DNA of 64,000 bases from the NCBI GenBank assembly GCA_040388415.1, contig JAZKBV010000001.1:10369-74368 (forward strand), in the 5' to 3' direction. The stretch comes from Patescibacteria group bacterium. Its GTDB lineage: Bacteria > Patescibacteriota > Minisyncoccia > Phycocordibacterales > PALSA-1337. Both the position numbers and the translations under genes were made by a program. Below the pieces are notes generated by a model that ran no database searches, was not told where the DNA came from, and saw only the letters and a program-made list of their open reading frames with translations. This document shows positions 1 to 8,526 of the stretch, in pieces; the stretch's first letter is position 1, and every line of letters starts with the position of its first letter.

Positions 1-1168
1 GAGCGCTCAGGCGACTCTCGCCGACTATTCTCGCGCGCTCACCCCCGAAGAGCTTGCTGTGCAAAAGACAGCTCTCGACACTGCAAAAAAGAATGCGCTC
101 AATGCGGTCCATGATGCATACAGCAAAGCTCAAGGCGCCCTCGTCAATTACACTGACAACTTTTTCACTAATCCCCAAAGCGTCAACCCGAGCATTACGC
201 TCCGTACCGATTCTTCAGCAATTAAAATAGATATAAATACACAACGAGTAGCGGTTTCAGATGCGCTTAGTGCGTGGTCGTCTCGGCTCAATTCGGTGAC
301 ATTTGATAATGTAAATTCTTTTATCGGTGATGTTTCCAAGTATCTCGCAGTAGAAAAGATGTTTATGAGCGACCTTTCGACTATTGCCGGCAAACTGAAT
401 CCTGGGAATTCTGGTATGAGCCAAACACAGATCGATTCTATCAGTACCACGATGAATGCGGGGCTCTCAGCTTTCAATACAGCGGTGGATACGATAACTT
501 CCGCTCAAACCGCGCTCTCAGCTGCTCAGTCGAACTATGATCTGAAGCTTGCGGGCAACTCTTCACAGTCGATCGCTTCCCAGCAGGCAAAGGTCGATCA
601 GGCTCAGGCTAGCGTGAACGATGGTCGCGTCTATTCTCCTATCGATGGCATTATCACCAAGGCAGATCCAAGCGTTGGCGAGTTCGTCGCTGCGGGACAA
701 TCCGGTTTTGCGGTGCAGAGCGATGGTGGTTTCAAGATCGAAGCCTATGTGCCAGAAGCTGATATAGCCAAGGTTGCTTTGGGCAATAAGGCGAATGTTA
801 CCCTCGATGCATATGGTCAGTATGTGCTATTTCCCGCTACAGTGACCGAGATCGATCCAGCGGAGACAGTGCTCGAAGGTGTGCCGACCTACAAAGTGAC
901 ATTGCAGTTCGATAGTCCCGATGCTCGCATCCGTTCTGGCATGACAGCTAATACTGATATCCTTACGCATGAAGTTGATGATGTGGTCACAGTGCCTACG
1001 CGCGCAGTCGTCGATGATAGCGGCAATAAAACTATCCGTATCGTGAATAGCGATGGTAAGACATATAGCAGCGTTGGTGTGACTGTCGGTCTCAAGGGTT
1101 CAGATGGCACGACGCAGATCCTTACTGGAGTCAGTGTGGGTGATAAGGTGGTTACGTATGTAAAGTAA
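1..1168 (+). CDS. MacA-like efflux periplasmic adaptor (membrane fusion protein), 5'-truncated by the window edge
   Basis: Coiled-coil region, then SPIDGII lipoyl-like motif, VPEADI..V..G, 'IRSGMTA', 'VPTRAV' and 'V.VG...G..QIL.G...GD.VV' C-terminus typical of MFPs; upstream of ABC ATPase and permease. Confidence 0.9.
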   Translation, partial: SAQATLADYSRALTPEELAVQKTALDTAKKNALNAVHDAYSKAQGALVNYTDNFFTNPQSVNPSITLRTDSSAIKIDINTQRVAVSDALSAWSSRLNSVTFDNVNSFIGDVSKYLAVEKMFMSDLSTIAGKLNPGNSGMSQTQIDSISTTMNAGLSAFNTAVDTITSAQTALSAAQSNYDLKLAGNSSQSIASQQAKVDQAQASVNDGRVYSPIDGIITKADPSVGEFVAAGQSGFAVQSDGGFKIEAYVPEADIAKVALGNKANVTLDAYGQYVLFPATVTEIDPAETVLEGVPTYKVTLQFDSPDARIRSGMTANTDILTHEVDDVVTVPTRAVVDDSGNKTIRIVNSDGKTYSSVGVTVGLKGSDGTTQILTGVSVGDKVVTYVK

Positions 1169-1178
1169 TTTAAGAAGA

Positions 1179-2201
1179 ATGAAAAGCACGCCTTATATTC
1201 AACATGTCGGTAAGGTGATAGAAACTGGTGGAAAATTCACTCATGTAATGGCGGTAGCTCTGGATCCAATTTCAAACTATAAGGAAGGGATCATTCGCTG
1301 CATCACTAGCAGAGAGGGTGATGTCACGGTAAGTGGATATGTAGACAGAAGCGAGATATGGAAAATAAAAGGCGATTCTCTTGAAAAGTTTTCCATAACT
1401 GAGCTGTTAAAAATAAGTGGGACAGAGGAAATTATACATGATCTTTCTTCGGAGAACCTTGAATTTATCGGCTTTGAAGATCCTGATATATTTGTTGATG
1501 AAATAAAAAATCTTACTCATATATACTTCACACTTCCTTTTCTTAATAAAAAGGAAAAACATGCTCTCGTGCATCTCGGTCATGCTGTCGGTAAAAACCT
1601 TGACTCATTGGTTATGACTGAGCCGGTCCTTTTAGGAAACTCAAAAACATATGCTGGCGCAAAAGAAGTTTCGATAGCACCGATCAATAGTCGGGGATTA
1701 AGACTTAATTTATTTGAATCAAGTAAAAAAGAAGCAGATTTTACTTATTCGATTATTCAGGTCGCTGTTGTGGAAGATATGAGTAAGCCTTGGAAAAGTG
1801 GTGACATCGTTTTTCACCCCAAAGAACATAATATCCCATGGATTGGTGGACATGCATCACCGGGACCATTATTGCCTAAGTCATTTATTGATATCGGTGA
1901 AGGAAAAGTGCTCGGTATTATGAATGGTCGTGAGGCGAATCAGAAAGTTGGCGATCAGACCAAGTACGGCATGTTTTCGGTCGGGTTATTCATCTATGAT
2001 TATGAGAATGGAAAAATCGACTGGGTATCGCCTGAGCCGCTTATTCAAGATACTGAAGCCGTGACGATCACTTTTGCAAGCCAATTCATCGAAACAAAAG
2101 CTGGCGAGGGTATTTTGTACGCTCATGTTGACGATTCATTTGTGCGGGCATATACGCTTTTTGCTGATGGCATCAAACAACAGCTTCCAGTGCTACAATA
2201 A
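1179..2201 (+). CDS. GH130-like five-bladed beta-propeller glycosidase/phosphorylase (putative)
   Basis: FEDPDIF, AKEVSIAP, GGHASPGP, 'GLFIYD..NGKI.WVSPEPLI', TITFAS and 'LYAHVDDSFV' echo GH130 motifs (EDPR, KD..LFP, GAPP, VVF, YYGAAD). Confidence 0.5.
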   Translation: MKSTPYIQHVGKVIETGGKFTHVMAVALDPISNYKEGIIRCITSREGDVTVSGYVDRSEIWKIKGDSLEKFSITELLKISGTEEIIHDLSSENLEFIGFEDPDIFVDEIKNLTHIYFTLPFLNKKEKHALVHLGHAVGKNLDSLVMTEPVLLGNSKTYAGAKEVSIAPINSRGLRLNLFESSKKEADFTYSIIQVAVVEDMSKPWKSGDIVFHPKEHNIPWIGGHASPGPLLPKSFIDIGEGKVLGIMNGREANQKVGDQTKYGMFSVGLFIYDYENGKIDWVSPEPLIQDTEAVTITFASQFIETKAGEGILYAHVDDSFVRAYTLFADGIKQQLPVLQ

Positions 2202-2206
2202 ATACT

Positions 2207-2938
2207 ATGCCGACCACTCCCAACATCATCGAAGTAAAAAATCTCAAGAAAGCCTACCACGATGGCACCACTGAAACCGTCGCTCTTTCGGGCGTTACCT
2301 TCAATGTGCGCAAAGGGGAGTTCGTCGCCATCATGGGTCCATCAGGATCGGGCAAGTCGACGCTTCTGCACCTTCTCGGTCTCCTCGACACGCCGACGAG
2401 CGGACACTATTCTTTCAATGGAAAACAAGTCACCTCATATTCTGGCGATGAGCTCGCCCAACTTCGAAACAAAGAGATTGGTTTCGTATTTCAATCATTC
2501 AACCTCCTTGCACGCACGACAGTTCTCGAAAACGTGAAGCTACCGCTTGTATACTCAGATGTCCCTGAACATGAGTGGAATGCGCGCGCTGTAAAAGCGA
2601 TCGAAGATGTTGGTCTCGGTCACCGTATCGATCATCATCAAGCTGAACTCTCTGGCGGCGAGCGTCAGCGCGTAGCGATCGCTCGCGCGCTCGTGACTGA
2701 TCCAGAAGTCATCTTTGCTGATGAGCCTACAGGAAACCTCGATTCAAAGTCAGGCAAGATCGTCATGTCTATCATCCAAAAGCTCAATGAAAAAGAGGGC
2801 AAGACGATCGTGCTCATCACTCACGAGACATCTACCGCTGAGCATTCAGAGCGCATCATCCGTCTCATGGATGGGGAACTGGAGAGCGATACGCCAGTGA
2901 AGAATCGATTGACGGCTGACGATGAGTACATCAAGTAG
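2207..2938 (+). CDS. ABC transporter ATP-binding protein, MacB/LolD type
   Basis: Walker [48 protein letters not shown]. Confidence 0.95.
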   Translation: MPTTPNIIEVKNLKKAYHDGTTETVALSGVTFNVRKGEFVAIMGPSGSGKSTLLHLLGLLDTPTSGHYSFNGKQVTSYSGDELAQLRNKEIGFVFQSFNLLARTTVLENVKLPLVYSDVPEHEWNARAVKAIEDVGLGHRIDHHQAELSGGERQRVAIARALVTDPEVIFADEPTGNLDSKSGKIVMSIIQKLNEKEGKTIVLITHETSTAEHSERIIRLMDGELESDTPVKNRLTADDEYIK

Positions 2939-2964
2939 AACGTAACATGAATGCAGCAAATTAA

Positions 2965-4203
2965 ATGAACCTCAAACACACTTTTAAAACTTCACTGACC
3001 GGACTAACGACGAATCGCTCTCGTTCGGCTTTGACGATCTTGGGTATTGTGATCGGTATCACCGCCATCATGCTCGTCATCTCTCTCGGCGGGGGAGCAC
3101 AGGCTTTGATCCTTGGACAGGTACAAGGGTTGGGTACGAACACTATCGCTATCATCCCTGGACGTGAACCGACTGGTCCATCAGATGTGAGCGCGCTCTA
3201 TAGTGATTCACTCAAGCTCAAAGACCTCACCGCGCTCCAAAACAAAGCCAATGTGCCTGACATCAAATCGATCATGCCAGTGGTCATTAGTGGTGGCACC
3301 GCTTCGTATGACGTGAACGCATATCAAGTTTCTATTTTCGGTGCGACTGAGTTTATGGCAGATATTTTCGATCTGCATCCAGACCGCGGTGAATTTTTCT
3401 CAAGTGATGATGTGATCTCAAGAAATGATGTCGTAGTCATCGGCTCAAAAGTCGCGGAGCATCTTTTCGGTAGCGACAATCCAGTGGGGCAGAAAATGAA
3501 AATAAAAGGCAGGAATTTTAAAGTAGTGGGGACTTTGCCATCAACTGGTGGTGGGTCATTATTCAACTTCGATCAAATGACCTTGATACCATATACCACT
3601 GCCCAAGATTATCTTTTGGGTATCAAGTGGTTTAGTCGTATCATCATTCAGACTCAAACGGACGATCAGGTGCCTGCGGCTGCAGTTGATATACAGAGAA
3701 CATTGCGCGACTCTCATAATATAACAGATCCGACTAAGGATGATTTCACTGTTCAGACGCAGCAGGATCTTGCGAACCGTTTGAGTACAATCACCGGTGC
3801 GCTGACGTGGTTCTTGGTCGCCGTCGCTTCGATTGCGCTGTTCGTAGGTGGCGTAGGCATCATGAATATCATGCTCGTTTCGGTCACTGAACGCACGCGT
3901 GAGATTGGTCTTCGTAAAGCGCTTGGTGCCACTGATCGCGATATCCTCTCTCAGTTTTTACTTGAGGCGGTCTTGCTCACTGCTATTGGGGGATTGGTCG
4001 GCATTATTCTCGGCGCATCGCTCGCATTTATCATCGCAATCATTCTGTCGAAGGGACTTGGGGTGAACTGGCAGTTCATCTTCCCGTGGAGTGGCGCAAT
4101 CCTTGGTCTTGTTGTGTCAGGGTTGATCGGTCTCATATTTGGCGGATATCCTGCGAGCCAAGCTTCAAAGAAGAGCCCGATCGAGGCACTGAGATATGAA
4201 TAA
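2965..4203 (+). CDS. ABC transporter permease, MacB/FtsX type
   Basis: RSALTILGIVIG, GGVGIMNIMLVSVTERTREIGLRKALGA, PIEALRYE. Confidence 0.95.
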   Translation: MNLKHTFKTSLTGLTTNRSRSALTILGIVIGITAIMLVISLGGGAQALILGQVQGLGTNTIAIIPGREPTGPSDVSALYSDSLKLKDLTALQNKANVPDIKSIMPVVISGGTASYDVNAYQVSIFGATEFMADIFDLHPDRGEFFSSDDVISRNDVVVIGSKVAEHLFGSDNPVGQKMKIKGRNFKVVGTLPSTGGGSLFNFDQMTLIPYTTAQDYLLGIKWFSRIIIQTQTDDQVPAAAVDIQRTLRDSHNITDPTKDDFTVQTQQDLANRLSTITGALTWFLVAVASIALFVGGVGIMNIMLVSVTERTREIGLRKALGATDRDILSQFLLEAVLLTAIGGLVGIILGASLAFIIAIILSKGLGVNWQFIFPWSGAILGLVVSGLIGLIFGGYPASQASKKSPIEALRYE

Positions 4204-4217
4204 GGTATAATAAATAC

Positions 4218-4670
4218 ATGCCATATACATTTGACATAGCATTGATTCATTTTTTCCGTAAAATATCTGTGCCTGTGGCGCGCTTTGGTTTATTCGTTGT
4301 TTTCTTTTGGTTCGGTATTTTGAAAGTTCTGGGCTTAAGTCCTGCGACACCGCTCGTGCAGGCACTTTTCGAGCAGACGATTTCCTTTATGAGCTTCCCG
4401 ACATTTCTTGTCTTATTCGGTCTGTTTGAATGTTTGATTGGTCTCCTATTTTTGATCAAAGGGTATGAGCGCGTAGTCATACCATTGCTTTTTGTTCACA
4501 TGGTGACCACGTTTATGCCATTGATATTGTTGCCGAGTGAGACGTGGCAGTCATTTATGGTGCCAACATTGGAAGGGCAGTATATTATCAAAAATTTGGT
4601 CATCATTGCTGCTGCTATAGGTATTGCTTCACATTTGCATCCACTGAGGCATCATTTGACGAAAAAATAA
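4218..4670 (+). CDS. DoxX/DUF417-like membrane protein
   Basis: 'RFGLFVVFFWFGILK' and 'TLEGQYIIKNLV' motifs; four hydrophobic segments. Confidence 0.7.
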   Translation: MPYTFDIALIHFFRKISVPVARFGLFVVFFWFGILKVLGLSPATPLVQALFEQTISFMSFPTFLVLFGLFECLIGLLFLIKGYERVVIPLLFVHMVTTFMPLILLPSETWQSFMVPTLEGQYIIKNLVIIAAAIGIASHLHPLRHHLTKK

Positions 4671-4769
4671 TCGCAGACAGATAGGTTATATATGCAAGGC
4701 GAGGACGTAAGGGGTGCGTGTTTTTTGTTGAGTGGATTGGTGGCACATAAAGAAAATTTGTATGTACAA

Positions 4770-4845
4770 TAAATAAGATTGAGTCTTATTTACTTAAAAT
4801 TATATGCTGAATATTTCAATAGTAATTGCAACACAGTCTTATTTA
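4770..4845. promoter_or_regulatory. Two 23-bp putative Fur/Zur-family operator sites
   Basis: 4770-4792 TAAATAAGA-TTGAG-TCTTATTTA (perfect 9-bp arms) and 4823-4845 TAATTGCAACACAGTCTTATTTA share an identical right half; directly upstream of the Fur-family gene. Confidence 0.65.
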
Positions 4846-4862
4846 GTGTACAGTGACATTTC

Positions 4863-5324
4863 ATGATACGGCGCATTCCTGATGACAATTCAAATAGCAA
4901 AATAAAGGACAGGCCATTTTCTCATATGTTATGGTCAGTTCGGCTTAAGGCGACCCCGGGCCGAATAGCTTTGTTGCGCACACTCAGTTTAGAGAAGCAT
5001 CCTTTAACTGTATTAGAAATCAGAAAAAAGATCGCCGCTTTGGACAGATCATCACTATTTAGGATATTGGAAAGTCTCGTTAAGGCCAATCTAATACATC
5101 GTATCAATTTCGGGTCGGCAGATTCTTTGTATGAAATGACCTATGGAAGAAAACATCATCATCATATTATTTGCACCACGTGCGGTGACATTGAAGATGT
5201 GGAGAGTTTAGAAAAATGCCCAGTACGGAAAATAACAGAATATGTCGCAAGTGAATCAAAAAAGTTTACTGTTATACACAATCATTCGCTTGAATTCTTT
5301 GGTCTCTGTAAAAAGTGCGATTAA
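4863..5324 (+). CDS. Fur-family transcriptional regulator (probably Zur-like)
   Basis: 'LKATPGRIALL', HHHHIICTTCG and terminal 'HSLEFFGLCKKC' motifs; adjacent to a ZIP transporter. Confidence 0.9.
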   Translation: MIRRIPDDNSNSKIKDRPFSHMLWSVRLKATPGRIALLRTLSLEKHPLTVLEIRKKIAALDRSSLFRILESLVKANLIHRINFGSADSLYEMTYGRKHHHHIICTTCGDIEDVESLEKCPVRKITEYVASESKKFTVIHNHSLEFFGLCKKCD

Positions 5325-5356
5325 TAAAATTACTAACAAACTATAACTCAATTACC

Positions 5357-6070
5357 ATGCTTATCCTCATTGCTCTCAGCGCGCTTGCAGCCACATTTCT
5401 CGGAGGTCTTTTTGCCCTCAAGCTTCGCGATAAACTCCACCTCATCCTCGGCTTCTCAGCAGGCGCAGTTATTGCCGTCGCATTCTTTGACCTCATGCCA
5501 GAAGCGCTCGAGCTAGGCTCAGGATTTTATTCAAGTAACACGATCCTCACCATTGTCGCGATTGGCTTTATCATCTATCTCATATTAGATCGTCTTGTTT
5601 TTATCCACGCGCATGCCCACGAAGATCATGAGGCCGCCGATAATCGAGGCATTCTCGGTGCCGCCAGCCTTTCGACTCATAGCTTCCTCGATGGCATCGC
5701 TATCGGCCTTGCGTTTCAAGTCTCGTCAGCTGTTGGTATCGTTGTCACAATAGCTGTGCTCACTCATGACTTTTCTGATGGTATCAACACGGTCAATATG
5801 ATCTTGAAAAATGGAGGTACTCGCACCAAAGCTTTTCGCTGGTTGATCATTGATGCTGTAGCGCCAGTGCTCGGTATCGTTTCAACACTTTTCTTTACGG
5901 TACCTGCTCAAGGCCTCGCCATCATCCTTGCGCTCTTCTCAGGCTTCTTCCTCTACATCGGCGCGAGCGATCTCATCCCTGAGAGCCACCACGTTCACCC
6001 AAAGTTCCTTACTACTTTCATGACCATCCTCGGCGCTGGTGTGCTCTATCTCGCCATCAGTGTGATTTAG
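5357..6070 (+). CDS. ZIP-family (ZupT-like) divalent metal transporter
   Basis: HSFLDGIAIG and HDFSDG metal motifs, His-rich loop HAHAHEDH, 'LYIGASDLIPE'; ATG 5357 preferred. Confidence 0.9.
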   Translation: MLILIALSALAATFLGGLFALKLRDKLHLILGFSAGAVIAVAFFDLMPEALELGSGFYSSNTILTIVAIGFIIYLILDRLVFIHAHAHEDHEAADNRGILGAASLSTHSFLDGIAIGLAFQVSSAVGIVVTIAVLTHDFSDGINTVNMILKNGGTRTKAFRWLIIDAVAPVLGIVSTLFFTVPAQGLAIILALFSGFFLYIGASDLIPESHHVHPKFLTTFMTILGAGVLYLAISVI

Positions 6071-6101
6071 CAAAATCAGTCACAGGTGATATAATTCGCC
6101 C

Positions 6102-7424
6102 ATGATCAAACCTCGTATACTCATCCTTGGTGCCGGGTTCGGTGGCATGTATGTTGCGCGCGCATTGAAATCTCTCGTTAAAAAAGGCGAGATCGAAGTG
6201 ACTATCGTCAACGAAACGAACTATTTTCTCTTCACACCGCTCTTGCATGAAGTAGCAACTGGCGCGCTTGCACCACAGTCCGTAGCAGAACCGCTCCGCG
6301 AGATATTTGCAGGCACGGGAGTCAAGATCTGTCAGGGCACCGTGACCTCTATCGACCGCGAGCATCGAATGGTCACCGTTCTTGGTGACGTGAATGGTGA
6401 TGATGTGCATCATCGTGTGAAGCATGACATCACCTATGATTTTCTCGTCATCGCTACAGGTGCAACCACGAACTATTACAATATTCCTGGTGCAGATATT
6501 CATACGTATCCGCTCAAAACATTGGCAGATGCAGCCGAGATCCGTCGTCGTGTGATCGACTCATTCGAAGAGGCAATACTCTGCGATGATCCAATCATTC
6601 GTGCGCGACTTCTTTCATTTGTTGTGGTGGGTGGGGGTCCTACTGGTATTGAGATTGTTTCTGAACTCGCTGAGCTCATCAAAGGCATGGTCAAACGCTA
6701 TTATCATGATACTAAGTGCACACCAAACGAAGCGGGCAGTTGTAGTCCTGAGGAGCCGACCGTTACGCTCATCCATGCAGGTCCAGAGCTGCTCCAGCAG
6801 TTCAGTCCGACGCTTCGTCAATCAGCAGCGGATAAGCTCAAAGAAGCAGGTGTTCAACTTCTACTCAACGCGACAGTGATCAATGTTAGTCCACGCGGTT
6901 TGGAGTTGGCGAACAATACGACCGTGTCTGCTTCAACTGTCATTTGGGCAGCAGGTGTCAAACCGATCATTCCTCCCTTTGTCGGTGACATGCCAGCGCT
7001 CATCGGTGGACGTTTGGTTGTAGACGAATATTTCCGTCTCGGTGGCGATGAGCGCATCTTCGCTCTCGGTGATGTGGCTGGCTATATCGATCCCGCGCAT
7101 ACGACCGCAGAAAAGCCAATGACTATGCCGATGCTCGCTCAAGTTGCCGTCGGACAGTCTCGCCTTGTGGCAAAAAATATTCGCGCATTCGCGAAAGGAA
7201 AGAAAATGAAGAAGTTCGAGTATCATTCAAAAGGTTCGATGGTCTCGGTGGGGCAGTGGTTCGCTATTGGTGAGATCTTCTCTATGAAGATAACGGGACG
7301 TCTGACGTGGTGGCTCTGGCGCACGGTGTACCTCTTCAAGTTTATCTCATGGAAAAAACGTTTGCGCATCGTCATCGACTGGACACTCGACGCATTCTAC
7401 CCAAGAGATATTACGAAGTTATAA
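6102..7424 (+). CDS. ndh: Type II NADH dehydrogenase (NDH-2)
   Basis: GAGFGG FAD motif, FTPLLHEVATG, second Rossmann motif VVGGGPTGIE, WAAGV, AQVA quinone-site motif. Confidence 0.9.
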   Translation: MIKPRILILGAGFGGMYVARALKSLVKKGEIEVTIVNETNYFLFTPLLHEVATGALAPQSVAEPLREIFAGTGVKICQGTVTSIDREHRMVTVLGDVNGDDVHHRVKHDITYDFLVIATGATTNYYNIPGADIHTYPLKTLADAAEIRRRVIDSFEEAILCDDPIIRARLLSFVVVGGGPTGIEIVSELAELIKGMVKRYYHDTKCTPNEAGSCSPEEPTVTLIHAGPELLQQFSPTLRQSAADKLKEAGVQLLLNATVINVSPRGLELANNTTVSASTVIWAAGVKPIIPPFVGDMPALIGGRLVVDEYFRLGGDERIFALGDVAGYIDPAHTTAEKPMTMPMLAQVAVGQSRLVAKNIRAFAKGKKMKKFEYHSKGSMVSVGQWFAIGEIFSMKITGRLTWWLWRTVYLFKFISWKKRLRIVIDWTLDAFYPRDITKL

Positions 7425-7426
7425 AA

Positions 7427-7462
7427 AAACCCGGCCTCATCTTGTGGATGAACCGGGGTTTG
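7427..7462. terminator. Hairpin between convergent genes (bidirectional terminator)
   Basis: AAACCCGG...CCGGGGTTT inverted repeat with an A-tract on the left and a short T run on the right. Confidence 0.6.
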
Positions 7463-7465
7463 TGT

Positions 7466-8326
7466 CTACCAATTATGCGGATGCCAACTGACACCAAGTT
7501 GAGCGAACGTTACACCTTCGTTGGTCGAAACGTTTACGAAGACGATGTCATCATTCGCACTGGCGCCGAACGAGTGAGAGAGAGTGGCGGACCAATTGGG
7601 CTCATGATTGCCATTGTGCATGTCAGTGAGCTTGTATGAACTACCAACCACGAACATTGATCTCCTTGGCAACATGAATGTGAGTTGCTCATCAACTGTC
7701 GATCTGAGAAGAATCGGATCATAGCGACACCGTATGAGGCCGAGTATCAGTGGATCCTTGGCATTGAGATGTCCCGCCCTGAATCCTCCCCAGACGTATC
7801 CATCGAGAGGACGGAAGCCTCCTAACAATATGCCATTCGAGCGCATCTCAGTGAGCCACGATGTTTGTGCCGCAATCGGTGTTAGTCCGACTGGATTGAT
7901 CGATTCCTCGGTCGTCCGGGCGAAAGTGCCGACAAGCAGATTTTCGATCCAACTTTTTGAATCAAATATCCCAGGCAGTTGGATCAAGCTTTCGCGGAGA
8001 GCATTCCTGGTTGAACGCATGAATGCGCCTCGGAAAGCACTGGCATAGCTGACGTTGAGGTCCTTGCCTTGGTCGTCTTCGTGGAGCCAATGGATGGTTG
8101 ATTGCCAACCAAAGGTGTCGGAGAAGATGACTGCGCTGCGTGTATTGAATTCATCCCGCATGATCTCGGGCCACGTTTGAGCGATCGGTGGCGCTTGAAG
8201 CAGGGGATAGTTGAGGGACGTGCCTGGGGAACTGACGACACTGTTTGTCGTTGTCGCCCAGGCTACCGTGTGTGAGATGACCAATAAACAGGCCGTATAA
8301 AAGGCCTTATAAAGGTTATTTTTCAT
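7466..8326 (-). CDS. Hypothetical secreted protein
   Basis: Long ORF; ATG 8326 gives MKNNLYK plus a signal-peptide-like stretch ending AWA; C-terminal amphipathic beta-strand pattern. Confidence 0.6.
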   Translation of the reverse strand: MKNNLYKAFYTACLLVISHTVAWATTTNSVVSSPGTSLNYPLLQAPPIAQTWPEIMRDEFNTRSAVIFSDTFGWQSTIHWLHEDDQGKDLNVSYASAFRGAFMRSTRNALRESLIQLPGIFDSKSWIENLLVGTFARTTEESINPVGLTPIAAQTSWLTEMRSNGILLGGFRPLDGYVWGGFRAGHLNAKDPLILGLIRCRYDPILLRSTVDEQLTFMLPRRSMFVVGSSYKLTDMHNGNHEPNWSATLSHSFGASANDDIVFVNVSTNEGVTFAQLGVSWHPHNW

Positions 8327-8526
8327 AATCTTAAGGAGGTGGAGGTTGGTTGTGGTATTTGACTGCAAAAGATCAGGGAACTCGTCGTATCATAGCTCTA
8401 TCCAGAGGGATAACAAGGGGGTAGGTTCATATCCTGTGGATGCGCTTTTGGAGGGGGTGTGGTAGCAATTTTTGCTCAAATTTCACTCAAAATCAGCCTA
8501 AATTTATCTGTTATACTTGTACCTAT

